Assembly (NCBI GenBank): GCA_051294905.1
Contig: CM119378.1
Coordinates: 4,342,001 to 4,406,000, forward strand
Length of the DNA: 64,000 nucleotides
Source: Botryllus schlosseri
Lineage: Eukaryota
Reading direction: 5' to 3'
Below are positions 39,731-54,700 of this stretch, one piece after another. Each line of letters starts with the position of its first letter. The first letter of the stretch is position 1. Under the pieces are notes generated by a model. That model saw only the letters and a list, made by a program, of their open reading frames with translations, was not told where the DNA came from and made no database searches. A program made the position numbers and the translations under genes.

Positions 39731-42700
39731 ATGGAAACCGCGCACGGGCAGATATGTGGAGACGTTTATTGGAAAGAAAAGTACACACAAATGGAGGCCA
39801 AAATGTCGCAATTCCACATTCAAGCTTCTGACATCAGGAATAAGCTTGCGGTCAAGGTAAATTACATTTTCAATATTTTATTGAATACGTCCGTATCAAT
39901 TGGCTATTGTCAACATCAATCATGTGGCTGCTTTGCAACAAATACTTGAAAGTAATTGTACATTTGCAGCCTTAATTGAAAATCGGTACACATCAAACGG
40001 TGTGTGTCGTGCCTTTTTAAGAAAAATTACGTCCCTGAAAAATTGAATGAATATGCAGGTGATTTCGTGATATGCTGTGCAATGTTTTCTTTGGTAGTTG
40101 CTAGTGCGATTTGCATATTTTTGCAGCCTCTCCTTTTGACATGGTGTTTGTCAACATTAAAGAGTGATCTCTAGACTGATCTAGATGGACTGTCATTTTT
40201 CTGTACATATGATAATTAATTTCATCAAATAGATGATGAAATTTATCATGTTGTAAAACTCTATAGAACTATGTGAGCCATATATGCCTCATTGTCATCG
40301 TTTGGTATTTGATATTGAAATTTTGACTCAAGTCGAGTCATTCCAAGTCGAGCCTTGGACTCAACACAACAAGTCGAGGTAGGCTAATAAATATAAAGCT
40401 GTGCGGATTTGAGTCACCACTAACATTTTACCATAATTTGAGTTCTATTGCGAGACCATAATTATGCATACTGCACAATGCATAATTATAAAACCTGGTC
40501 AGGCTCCTGTCAACATTTTTGAACGATAAAACTATACTGTCGCCTAGTCTATAACTAACAGCGGTGCCCAACCTTTTTCGACTCATCGCCCCCTTGTCAA
40601 GCTCGACACAAATTTTCGCCCCCCCCCATATTTCCAGCTCCGAAAAAGAGGACATATATAAACTGGAAATATACTCACCTAACTGTGATCGCTGGTGAAT
40701 TGAATAAAAAAAAGGTCATTTTTCCGAGTAAGTGCTCGAAAAGCCGGTTTCCGCATCTACTCTCCGTCGAGTTGACCTTTTTTAGTCAACTTTCGTGTCA
40801 TATACAGAATAGGTTGTATTCTCGTTCATTTATTAGTTGTGTTAATGAAATATATCTCACTGGACGTTCTAATATTTTCACCTCCCAATCGCCCCCTTTG
40901 GTGTTTTGGCCCCATGTTTCTCAAAGTCGACCACTGGGGGCCGATATCGCCAACGTTGGGATGCACTGGTCTATAATAAAGAATTTACTGCACCTACGTC
41001 TTGGAACAATTTAGTTGATGAAATCATGCGCATCCGTAAGATATTGAAACAACGCTAACTGTTAACTGGTTGCAGTCTTCACTTTACTCACATAATGGGT
41101 TACTGCATTTGGTGCAATATGCCTTGCATCAATTGCGCTATAGGCCTTCATCTCTTCAAGCATAGAGTGAGAAGACAGAGGGAGTGCAAAGCCGTTTCCC
41201 ATTTCTAGATATGCTCAATATCATATGATATTTCGCATCATTGACATTGGTTTATGCCTGTACAAGTGTACATTTACAATTAGGCTATGTATCGATTTTG
41301 GATACAATATTTTGATTCAATTGTGTGCACTCATGTGATGTCGTCAATTTTCTGAAATTGTTACTTGCCCTCACCTTGAGACATTATCATTTACCTTACG
41401 GAAATCACGTACAACTACAAATCACTTTATTAGTTCTGCTAAAGTGATCGTTACCATCGTGGCTGGGAGATTTGGAATGCTTTACGGAGTTATGATAAAT
41501 GACTTGGAGTCTGGCCCTAATATTTGTCCTCTGAGCCATGAGTCATTTTATATTCTACATCTAAGTGTGAGTCAAGTATGTAAGTCATGTTCAGTTTTCA
41601 CTGGAACCAGGTGCGCTGTTACACAGCCCACTTGTGGTTGAATTGTGATGTTACTTTTAGTGTGTTCACCGATATGATGGTCTCTGCTATGGACTTATAT
41701 GATGATTTATTTCCATTTAGATTAACTCATTGACTGAAGAATGTGACGCCGCTAACACGAGAGCTGATAAGGCGGAAGAGGAGGTCCGCATAAGATCTGT
41801 AACTGTTCTGAAATCCGCGTTAATTCCCTACTTCTCTTGCAGTTGAGACTGCTTCGTGAAAAGGTCAAGCTGCAGGGAGATGAGAAAGATCGAGAAATCG
41901 CGCAACTGCGGAAGGATCTCGACTCGGAAAAAGAGAATTCCCTGAAGCACGAGGAATGCTTGAAACAAGAGGTAAGACTCCTTTATCACCGCCTCTCACT
42001 GTAGTTTCAGAACACGTTCATTTCATGTTCAAACAGTTTTTGATAGACCTACTGTACTATCATTTGAAAGATACTACAATCAATGCCCAATTGGTATATA
42101 TACTGTGCGGTGTATATTGTACAAGTGCAGTTAAAGTGTTGAAAATTTGTTCTATTAATTCTAATACGGCGAATCTTTTGAAGAGACCCTTGGAGGCACG
42201 TAACTTCAGTGTGCAATTGAATCGTATATAAATATTGATATTCAAATAAACACAAATCTTTTAGGCTGCCACTCGTCAGGGGTAATTGCTAAACAACTAC
42301 CAAAAAAATCTTGTAAATAAAATATTCATTGATTTGACTCGAAGCCTGTGTATACAACTTTAATTGAATCGTATCTTAGGCTTGCGAGTTTGGAATGAGA
42401 AATTACTTGTTTCTGTGTTGGTGGTCAATGTATTTTTTCCATTTCCTTGAATATGTATTGATTGTGGGAGTCCTATTGTATTTCGATTACCGTGAAAGTG
42501 AAATAGCCCTGTCTGACGTGTCTTGTAATTTCCAGCTGAGTAATATCGCTGGTCTACTTCCTCTGTTGAATAGGGGGGGATAAAATCTTTTCACCACTGG
42601 TTTTGAATTGTATCTCTGGTTGATCTGGATTTGAATCACGACTCTGCCTGTGACTGAAATAATGGGTGTCGTAGGATGTCACTCGATGTGTGACATGTTT

Positions 42701-45700
42701 GCCTACGCTGTTTGAAGTTCGGCGACATAGCCGGATGTTAGATCCATCCTGAGTCTATTTCAAAGGGTACGCTAGGTGTGGCCGTGAATTTATGTTCATT
42801 ATTTCATGTTCACCCGTGATATTGGCTACTGTTCCACTATGTTCCAGTATTGGCGATTTTCTATACACTGGCAAAAAGTCATACCAAACACTACACACCC
42901 ATATTAGATATATATCTTTTACATCACCAGGGATGGTTCCAATTAAACATGTTTGCATATTAAGCACCTTGTAGGCTTTATAATCTTGCATCACATTTTC
43001 TCTGTTTAGAGATAATATCATATCAACACTTCCTTGAACGTACCAGGTTTTTCAATGTCTTTAGCCTTTACTCACCTGAAATGTGCTTTCTCATTAGTGA
43101 ATTCTGTCCAGTCGGTATATCGACTTTGATGTGGTGGCCAAATCATTTCCCCTAGTGTTGTGGTTCCTGTCTGGGAGTAGTAATCCTGCTTCACTGCCTT
43201 TTCTATTATTGTGTTGTGATAATTGGATTATTATTAGGTTAATTCGATTGAACATGCTGTGAACAGCATCTTTATGAGGCTAATCCTCATCTTGACTGTT
43301 ACGATGTGCAGCTTGGCAAGAGTACAAGTTTTCCCTCACCACTCTAGGAATACATGTATCATTTTATGATGGTCCTCTTTGGACTCCCAGTGTAAATCTC
43401 ATAGACTTAATGTGTTTTTAGATGATTGCAATCTACCATGCTTACTGCTTGCTGTTCAGTTGCATTCTCAACTGTCTTGACTAGAACTTTATTATTTTTG
43501 TGGGTATATCCTTATTTATGTTGCTATTAGCTGGTCGTTGTGAAGTGCCGGTGTGTTTATATAGTAAATTTTGTTTGCATATCATCGTGCTTGCAACTAC
43601 TCACCCGGTAGCATGTATGACTCGTTAGGATTATCAAATTGACATGTCTGAAGTGGCAATAGTTCACTGGTAATTTGTGCGGTTTGTGAAGCATGGATGG
43701 TGTTCTTATTTCTTTTTGCGAAAGTTTATATATATTATGGATACCATGTTTAGATTGAAGAGAGGAATGAAGAGAGAGCCCTCGTACACGAGAGGATTGT
43801 TCGGCTGAAGGGCTGGATCTCGGCAAGACTCGATGAGGCAAGTGTTATTACAGTTATGCTAGTTTATACTACCTGACGGCAAGAGTTGTGTTTCTACGCA
43901 TTGTTTCAAACATAACCACGGCCACGGTATGGCTGAAAAAGCATGAAAATTGAATGAAAATGTTAAAAAATGGACGTAATTCATCAATTTTATGCTTTTT
44001 CAGCGATATCTTGGGCTTGGTTTGAAGTCACAAATAACTTTTGGAGCTACTGAACACATTTCAAGATTGCTGCAGCACAGTGTGACTGACAGTACTATAA
44101 ACGGGCTCTTGGGTAGCAAAATATTATTGTGATGGTAACCTGGGAGGAATTACATTCAACTATAGATGGCATTCAAGCACAGCAATTTTTTGATATTCAA
44201 CTTATTTACAAATGTTACACCACAGCCCATAGGAATAGTGAATTCCATTATATTCCATATCAGCTTATTCCACGTATATAAGAAGCCTCGTTCAATTTTG
44301 TTTATCAAAAACATCGTACATCTTGTGGATTTATCTGTTATGTGTAGGAGTAGTTGCAGTAATCTGTGAATTTGTAGTTGACTGTGGTCAAAAGCAGTCC
44401 ATCAATGATCCCACAAATATGCAGTTTTCTATCTATGGAAAATAATTTTCGGAATCCTAATTAATTATTCTTTGTTTTACTTCATAAACATAGAAGATTA
44501 TTCATTGTCCAATCTCTATAAAGGCGAAAGCCACTGATAATTTTACAAAGTCCTGTTGGAAAGTGGTGTACCCTAAGTAAAACTTCATCGATTAGTTCTC
44601 TCCCTAGGGAGCTTTGCAAAGACTCCAACGAAATTAGTCAATATCATAAGATTACTTGTGGCCGCTACAAAATCAAGTCTTCAACAGGAAGCATTAAGTA
44701 GATTTCAATGATAAAACGGTCCACGTTTGGTTGTGTTTTGGGAGATCATTTTATGAATTATCGAGTTGACATTGTCAGCGATACTACAGCTGTGAGATAA
44801 TCGGAAGAAGATGCCTCCAGGGGGACTTTTTGTGACCAAAACTTATGAATGAAGGCCGTTGAACGCTGGTGTTAACGGTGTTTATGATGCATCTTCAAAC
44901 ACCAGCAGACTTGATGTAGGATTGTTTGTATACGGTATGTTTAAATCCTTGCCTGTAGATACCAGACAATCTCATTCAGATAACTTCTCATTTGATTTTC
45001 ATAACCCATGGAAATATATCTCTAGTGCTGGGGTTCTCAACTTCCCTCGTATAACGGGCCACATTTTAACAGCGAAAGAGGCTGCGGGCCGCAGAACATG
45101 ATCACCATGTATTTGCGGGCTACTATTCAATTTAGGCTACTATAGCCCCTTTACCAGTCTTATACGGGCATTTAGTACATTTTTATGCATTATGAAACAT
45201 TGCAGTTACTGTTTTTTGTGAGAATATCTAACTTCCAGTGGCGCAAGTAAATCCCTTCATGGAGCGTACATTGCATACGTTGCCAAGTCGGTGTCTGCAC
45301 CTTCAACCCAGGGATATCTAGAACTCCTAGTTCTAGATATTCCTGCTTCAAACCCTTCCACAAGAGAACCGAACTCTCTGTTTCAATGCGTGAGCGAGCA
45401 AGTATAAAATTACGGTAACTGTTTCGTAACAGAAGTCAATAGCCCTTTGGGCTCGCAGTGATAGCAGAAGAAGTCAGGCGTTCGGGGACATTTCTGAGCA
45501 AACCAATCAACTCTTCTCCTTTCCTTCTATGGCTGGAGCCCTACATCAATAGTTACAGAAGTCAGCTTTGTAAAGTTGATGTTTTTTTACTGGTCCCCTC
45601 CCCACGTTTGCCCGTCTGCATTTCCTCTGGAAATATGTCCAGTCTGATAAAACGCACTTGGATAATTTGCTATGCCACGTGTGTGCAGTCGGTGGATTCG

Positions 45701-48700
45701 TCCAATGCTAGGCTAAAGTAGTTTACGTGGAAACGTGTTTCAGAACATGCGATAAAAGATCGACTGACTTTGCTATTACTCTTCTGGTGACTGTTGAATC
45801 AGACAATTTAGCTTCGAAATTTGTCAGGTGATGTTGGACTTGCTGCAAAGTTCCGGAAACAGCGAATATTCGCACAGTACGTTCAAGTTTTATTGAAGTC
45901 ACACCTTCTCTAACAGATTCTTTGGTTTAGCGATATTCCAAGCAATTATGAGCAATGCGTCTGTACCGTATTCGGCAATTTTAACAATGCCTCGAAACAT
46001 GGATTGGTGGGCTTGAAACCTAGCTAGCAACGTTTTCTCCCAGATCAGGCAGTACAACTCCAGAAGAAACTATCGTGGTACCATTTTAAGGTTCTACGCT
46101 TCGTTATAACAACTGTTCTTCGACACATGTGAAACATCGGTCATCCATAACAACACCGTGCCAGTTGTAATTGCGTTCCTACTGAAAGATGTCGCGGGCC
46201 GCAAAATAATCGTCTGCGGGTTGAGAACCCCTGCTCTAGTGTCTATTGCACTAGATACTCTAACTTTTTTTACTTCAAGAGCTTCTTGAAGGTACAGAAC
46301 TTCAATATACAATTGAAAAGTATATTCATATCGAAATGAACCCAAATATTTTCGGGTGACACTCGTCAGAGGTAATCGTTACATTTGTTAGTGACTAGTA
46401 GAGAATGGGAAAAAAACGTTGTATAACAACAATCGTATCGTAATATTATTTCAATTTTAATATAATATGTTAATTCTCATAAATGGTACAGTTCTTTCCA
46501 AGGAGCTTACTCTCAAATTGTACTACCACATAGTCGGAATTTTCACTTTCCTTAAATTTACATTTCTAGTACAGCAGTATGTAACTATGTAAAGGATTAT
46601 TCATGGCTTAGATAGAGCTAAAAAAGTTAGAGAGTTCGGTATTGTGTATAGCGGTACCTTAATTTCTGAATCCACCGACTGTAAAGGCCCACTATTGCTG
46701 TCCGGTGTCACAGTTAAACATGTCCAAGTTTCCTATCATTAATTTGTAAGTGGATGCTAAATTAGGTGTGAAGGCTACCAAGGTATTACTATTAAATGAT
46801 GATACTCGGCCAACTATTTGGCAAGGGATGCTGCATCTAGCGTGCCGTGTCGATTGGTGAGGTTTCGATTTGAGGCTTTCAATATACAATTGAATGGTAT
46901 AGCAACTAGTAGAGAATTGGAAAGAACGATTGTTGATATTGTATATTGAAGTTCTGTACCTCCAAGAAGCTCTTTATGGCTTTCTTACATAAAATAGCGA
47001 ACAAATTTCCGCAATATATATAAAGCATGATTTCATTTTGCAGGCAGAAGACCAGAAAAAACTTCTATTCGAGGCTAACGAAAGAGCCACGGCATCCCTT
47101 GTGGACATGAAAAGACGTGTTCAAGGTATTTGGAGGGATAATTACTTTAGTAAAATCAATATTTTGCCACTGATATGCTGATAATGAGTTACTGTTTCAA
47201 CCTTGCATACGACTTATCTATTATCCTTCTGTGGACGAGTATATAGTCTGCAGTGGCAGACAAATCTGAATCTTACTAAGTGAAATCCTTTGATATGCCT
47301 GACTCCAAGCTGAATCCTATTCCAGTATTTGTTCTATCGGTGATTGTTTGCAGCTGATGTGTAGGGGTGTGACCGAGTGGTATTCCATCAGAGTAGACCA
47401 TTCGTAAATGTGGAAAATGTGCATAAATCGATGAAATGGTTAGCTTACCTGTTTACTTGAGATTACCTAACTTACACATATTCCTTTGTTCTTTGAGTCC
47501 AGTCACAGCTTTGAGTCTGTCATAACGCAGGATGGATTTTGTTTCAGATCCACACCCTATAGGAGTGGTTCCAAATACCTTTAAAAGGCAACCTATTTAA
47601 TAAACTAATTCAGTTCAGTAAAATCTTGCGTCCCAAACAGAGAGAATATACTTACTTATCAGATTATTTCTTCAATACAGGTCACGGCACGGTGTAGATA
47701 TTCTCAAGTTTTTTGATCTCTTACTTGCTTTGAGTTATATTTATTATTATTTGATACAGATACAATATGCCTGAAAACAAGCCAACCAAAGTAATCAGGC
47801 GTTGGGATCCACTGCCCTATAGCATCTTAATCTCTTTATCAAGGCCTATCATTTATCAATCTATTTAGATATATTTAGAAAAATTTTATTTGGTTATTCG
47901 TGATTCATTTCCTAAAAAATTTGTGCAGTTGACGTGAAAAAAATGTCTGATTTGTAAAGGATAGGAACGGGTCATAGTGGGTCATAGTCGTGGGTCACTG
48001 GCCAGGTTGGTTGTCTCACCACAGCCGGATTTCCAGTGATCTGTGACATGTCGAAAACAAAAGCGATGGGAAATTTTGTGAGATTTCGTGGGAAATTCAT
48101 TATTTTGTCGGGACACTTATTGCTGATCAATACACAAACTGGCGACTTTGCTCGCGTAAACTCACTTACCCCGCGTCTCAAGTGGATTTTAATCTTTTCC
48201 GTGTCTTGTAGTGATGTTAAATTGCAACTTAAATTTAAACTTCATTGACCTCTGACATCTTGTCATGTCTTCGATCTCATTTCCGTCAGGTCTCAGCATG
48301 TTCAGCTTTTACAAGGCTGTCAAAATGAAGGTGTCTCAAACACTTGATCCGCCTTTTGATTGCTCCGATCGTTATCTCAGTATTGCAACACGCATACTAC
48401 GTCATACCAGCTGCCTTTTGTTCAACAATAGAGGGTTAATTTTGAGGTTCGCTTTCAAAACTATGGCCTTGTTTGCTTGGTGGAGATTACTGTGATGTGG
48501 GCTGGTAAGATTATACCTTGTGGGCATCGCTTGACGCGTTATAAACTTTGCCGATTGATTTCGGCGTTCGAAACTTTCAAGTGAGAATTTGCTGTGTTAG
48601 TTTGATTGTTTCAGTCTGCGCAATAATTAATTTCATCGACTGTGATTGACATTATTGTAAATTACTCCAAGACAAGCTGAATCATTTTGGAACTCTGAGA

Positions 48701-51700
48701 TTTCAAATGTTGGAGCCCGTTTTATCGATCAATATTTCATGAAGATTTATCTGAATGTTGTATGGTCTCTTGTATAATAGTTCCTGTTGCCTATAATTTT
48801 GTTTCTAAAATATTGATAACTCTCTCCTGTGTGTACGCTACGCTATTGATATCACAAAACAACAAAAAGCAAAACAAGTTTTTTGTTGTATGGACTTTAG
48901 TGTTGAGATCAAGTCACTGTCTTTGCGTGGCAAGACACTTCAGTCAGTGCACACTCCGAACCTTGAACAGTAAACACTGAAGTCGAGTCATTTAAAAAAT
49001 GTTCTAGTAAAGTCCTAGCGTCCCGGCTGTCCGCGGGATTCGAGTCGGGTCGAGTCGAGTCTTCCAAAGCATTCTGATTGCGAGTCAAGTCTCAAGTCGG
49101 CACATATTTTTAGGTTTTTTAGTTGTTTGAGTTGGTGTGCCTGTGGCAGACTAGGACAGCTAGATAATTTCAGCCTTTCCAAATCTCTAACTTAAAGTTA
49201 GAATCACATCTACAAAGTTTTAAAAAAGTTACATTAGAATTGAAATTATAGCTACAATTTTTTTTCCGAATTCGAGTAAAATTACAATTGTATGCAAGTA
49301 TAGCCTATACTCATGCTAAATACTATAGGAATATAATCCAATGTTATTTCTTGGCTGAAATGTTGTTTCAAAGTTGCAGAGAGTTACAATCTCGTGTGTG
49401 TAGAGGAGAAATAATGTTTGAGTTCATAGGAGGAATTGGTTGTCAATTTTTTTGGAAAGGGTCCCCGGAAGTATTAACCTTGATTGATAGTGAAATATGA
49501 CTTCAACCATTTAGCTGAATGTTAAGTATATTTGTGTCCTATAGATTGCACCTCTATCTCCACACAGGCCTTAGGGTGGATTTCAATACAATGACGAGCT
49601 TGTAAAATATAACAGCATTCCAAAATCATCGGTCATTATTGTATTGGCTGTCGTAAATCCTATTTGCAAATTCACAGAATATAGCCCAAGACGGGTTCAG
49701 ACGTATGTGACGCACTGTTGTTAAACTTTGAGAAGCCTCAGTTACAGTTTCACACAAGCAATATTTATTGAACAAATTTACACGCGTTCATAATGATGTT
49801 ATATTGCCTGTAAAGGCCCTTACGACGAAAGTTCAGGGCTTGTCGAAGCCGTTTTGTTTGCGGTGTCGCCGTTGATGGTATTATTAACCTTATGTATCGA
49901 AAACGTAAATGGTCATAGAATCCAGTACGTAAATGATTAGTGCCGGTGTTGTTAACGAAATTACTTTTCATTGTGGGAGAGGGGTTCAGAATACTTTGCT
50001 AAGCGCTTCTTGGAGGCACAAAACTTCGATGTATGATTGAATAATATATTCATATTGAAACAAATCGGAATATTTTCGGCTGACACTCGTCAGGGGTAAT
50101 CGTCGGCAGCTAGTAGAGATATATTGTATATATTGTATATCAAAGTGCAATATTCAAAAATTCAAAAAATATTGTGCCGTGCTGGTGTTTCTGAAATTAC
50201 TTCTTGCAATTATATCAAAAAAATCGGTGGGACAAATTCAAGGTATTTTTTCGATAGTGTTTTATCACGGTTGTAACCAAGTCACGAGGTTGCGAGTCAG
50301 TTTCACTTTTACGGTTTTGAATCGAGTCGAGTCGTTTGCACTTCACCACCGAGTCAAGTTCGAGTCCGAGTCACAGTGTTAAGACTCGAGTCCAATTCAT
50401 AAAGTTCACGATCCGTTATTGAGTTTTACTCATTTCGAAGGCCCCACATTCATAATATACGCCTTTTTTCATTAGTGACATGTTTATTCAAACAGACGAA
50501 ATAGGGTTTCTGGGTCATTTTTCAAGTGTCGGTCCTGATACGCGAGACTTGATTCAAGTAATATAGAATTATTTCTTGGCCCGAGTCATATTTGAGTAAA
50601 GTCGAGTCATGACTAGAGTCGTTGCCACCCTGTGTTTTATTTTAAAAAATCAATGCATACAATATTTTGTAGAACTGACCACTGAACTGAACGAATTGAA
50701 GCAAATGAACGAGACAATGCCAACAACAATGCGAACAGGCTCGTCCGCCGATATGTCGCTTTCATCCAACACCCTCTCCACAACTTGCAGCATGGTAAGA
50801 GCTTTTTATATAGTATACTGCTGGGAATGTAATGCCAATTCTACATCACGTTGAAGATTATTTATCATTTTTTTCGGCCATACCTATTTAATAGCACTTT
50901 GTGACAATGCTGAGGGTCGATCACGATTTCACAAATATGCTGGGTTGTATTCGAGTCACAAGGCTCCGAGTCACAAGTCAATTTCACTTTTATAGTTTTG
51001 ACTCGAGTCAAGTCGAGTCATTTTCAATTCACCACCGAGTCAAGTCCGAGTACAAGTCAGCGAGGAGATGGTCGAGTCCGAGTCATGCTATTATGACTCC
51101 AGTCCGAGTACAAGTCATTGTGTTGACTGCTCAGTTTCCTGTTAAAGTCCTCTTAAACCCACTTTTTATAACTCTGTCTGATGATATCCAGTGATTCTAA
51201 TTTATAATTTACTAATTTACCTCACTTTTAGCAGTTTCTGGTTGCATTTTCAAGTCTCAGGCTACCTGTACCAATAGACGAAATATCGATAGTGTGGTTA
51301 CCTTACTATTCTTCGATATTACAATGAAATGTCGGTATTGGCTGTCTGAGTCATATGACTTGGCTCGAGTCATTTCGGTATTTTGAGAAAATGACTCTAG
51401 TCAAGTCGAGTCATCAGAAAATTGTGACTCCAGTCATTACAGCCTATGTCATTTTCACCAACCTACGTAGATTTGTGTAGTATGCTGCGTTGCGAACAAG
51501 CGAGGTTTTGAGGTTGCTGCAGTGTTGTTCATACTTTATCTAAGTGTTTTACTATGGAGAGTTCCAACAATCGCGTAATTTGCATGTAGACCGTGTAATT
51601 TGCATGCAAGCTCTTGTTAATAATTATTGTATATGTAACAGCTGCTCATGTGGCAGTTAGCATCAGTCTCTCGATGATAGTTGCAAGTCTGCTAAAAGTT

Positions 51701-54700
51701 GAGTGTATATTCCATTGAACATAAATGACAATTTAAGTGTATGATCAACACCAGGCCCATTGCTGTTAGCGAGAAATATATCGTAAATTCTGCTGCTCGG
51801 TTTGATGTACGCACACATATATTTTACTTCAGCTTGTTGACATTTAGTGTAGAACCCATTGTGTATGCACAAGCACACACACCTTTTAACGATACGATTA
51901 CTCGACGTGACATTACAAGTGGGGCACATAGACTAGAAATGCTCGCTGACGATGTGTCGGTATTGTTTAAACTTAAATAGGATCTGGTAGGATTGTGTGG
52001 GAGAAGCAGTCTTTAAGTGGATTAATTTCTTCGTCGATTGTGGACCTGTGAACCTTTGAAAAAAATTTCCCCCAAAATGTAACTACTACAAGTGCATGCA
52101 ACTCCAAAGCAAATATTGGAAACTTCAATTTATTTAGTCATTCACTTCTGCCTTCTTGATATCGCACAGGTCGTGTTGAAGTTTTTGCAGGACAGAGTCC
52201 TGTTAAAAACCAATAGCGCCATTTTTGTTGTAGGATTTCTTTCGAAATACCTGTCAATTTGCTGTTAGCCAGTCTCTGTTATATTGCGAAGCGTCGTTAG
52301 ATTGTACTGTACTTCGATAGAGTTTTAGGGCGCTTTTAAAAATTTTAGTACACTTTCAGCATTGCAAATTGCAAGATAAGCTAATTTCGAAGCAAAGTCA
52401 AATGTTGACCGCTAACTATGCATTTCGACAAGATGCATAAAAATACGTTCCAAATTTTCGGAGTAAATTTTAAAATTTGATGACCAATGCACAAGCGTTC
52501 AACTGATTGCATTGTGTAATTGAGATATAAAAGTGTATTACCGGTACTTAACTATATTATTGAATAGTATATTCATATTGAAATGAACCCGGCACTCATC
52601 AGGGGCAATCGTCAGCAACTAGTAGAGAATTAGAAAGAACATTGTATATCAACAATCGTATCACTAAATACGACGTCACCGGCATCGAATTGCGAATAAT
52701 CGGGGAGAGCTTAAGCGTGACGTATTGTTTTTAGATGGTACACAAACTCCTGTAGGCACAGACTCGGTTGGCGTATTTTGATAAAAGTAGACTCCAAGGC
52801 ACTTACTTTCATTTCAATTGACATTCTGTACCTTTCAAGAAGCTCTTTATATAACAATTTACATACTAGGCCTATATATATTACGTAATAAACTGCGCAG
52901 ATCGGTGATTTTGATTTCTATCATAGGATATTAGTTTGTCTCCGCCTCCGGTACCTCCACACGCCGACAAGTCAACAAAGATTCCACCTCGAGCTACCAG
53001 AGCTAACGGCTGCGAAAGCCCAAAAGATAACCGTCAACCATTGTCATTGCCTGACGAATTGTTACATCACGATACGTCCAGCGCTGTGACTTTGGAGAAT
53101 GCCAGCCCCGTATATCCAATCGAAGACTCAAGAAGTGGAGCACGCGCTCCGCTGGCGCACATCGAAGACGTCGTGACCGAGAATAGCGAGCACCTCGACA
53201 AGCGAGATATTTTCTCGACCAGCCCAAAGTCTGGCGGGGACTCGAAGAAGAAAAAGAAGTCCGCCACGTTGCCGAAGACCAGGACGGTGACGAAGAAGGA
53301 GCAGCATCACCACAGCTCGTTGATCGAGACGTTTGGGAGTATCACGAGGAAGTTTCGGGGGTTTGCGGAGTCCAGCCGGCAAGGGAGTCCCACGTCTGGC
53401 TTGAGGTACGGGCGTTACATGTTTTCTCGCGTTCTGTGTGTTTAGTGACAATTTTTTTTTGAAACAACCCTGTGATGATGCCTTTTGGGTGGTAGTAAGA
53501 AAGTTTGAATGGTATAAACCGGGGTTGTAACCAGGTCACAAGTCAATCTCACTTTTATAGTTTGGATTCGAGTCAAGTCGAGTCATTTTCAATTCACCAC
53601 CAAGTCGAGTCCAAGTCATTGTGTTGACTGCTCGGTTTCCAGTTAAAATCTTGTTAAACCCACGTTTTATAACTCTGTTTGGTGATATCGAATAGTTCGC
53701 ATTTATAATATACTGATTTTCCTCACTTTTAGCAGTTTCATGTCACATTTTCAAGTACCAGTACCAATAGACGAAATCCCAATAGCGTGGTTACTTGACT
53801 ATTCTTCGAAATTGCAATGAAATGTCGGTCTTAGCCGTCTGAGTCTCGAGTCGTGTGCAATGACTCGAGTCCAAGTCGAGTCGATACACAGATTGACCAG
53901 AGTCGAGTCATTTCTGTATATTGAGAAAATCGCGACTCGAGTCATTTCAACCCAGGTGTATACCGTTGAATGAATGATATATATGCGCATTGAAATATGC
54001 CCGAATATTTTTGAGTGACACTCGTTAGGGGTAATTGTCAGCAACTAGTCGAGAATCGGAAAGAACTTTGTGAATCATCACTCATATCACCAAATTTAAG
54101 TTTTGAATAATCCAGGTGAACATTCCAGGCATGGTTATTCGAATTTTTATGTATGTATGTATGCACCCTTGACGAGTCGGGTTTATTTTAATGTGAGTAT
54201 ATTATTATTATTCAATGGTATAATTAAGTTATGATGAAATATGTAGGCCTGTCTTCCTTATTTCTGTGGTTTGTCCTTATTTTTGACGCTTTTGTAGTCA
54301 TCGACTTGCCAAAAAGGCTGTGAACATGCGTCGCTTGAACTGGGCAATAGTGTTTGGACCCTTTTTTAGTCCTCGGTTTAATAATTTCGCAGTTTGTTTG
54401 GCTGTCCTTATTTTTTCATCCATGTCGATAGCCGCCTGATTGTATATATGATATTATTATATTGTATATAACGGATATATTCTTCAAGCAGTGCCCTTGT
54501 TCTGATTAATTTTGCTACACTCCCGTGAATTTTTCGCGATTCGAAATTTGGAGCCTGCTCAGTGCTCATCCATGAGGCAAGACTTTCACTGTTCTGGAAT
54601 TATGCTCCAGCGTAGAAATGCAATTGATTTATCTTAGCCATAGAATCTATCTGTAAGCTCGCACCAGACATTGAATATTATTGGCAGCGTCACTGTAGGC

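Noticed and set aside
30000..40000. Surfeit-cluster neighbours (SURF1, MED22) of RPL7A
   Set aside because: No matching exons seen; the flanks are transposons and PLEKHH.
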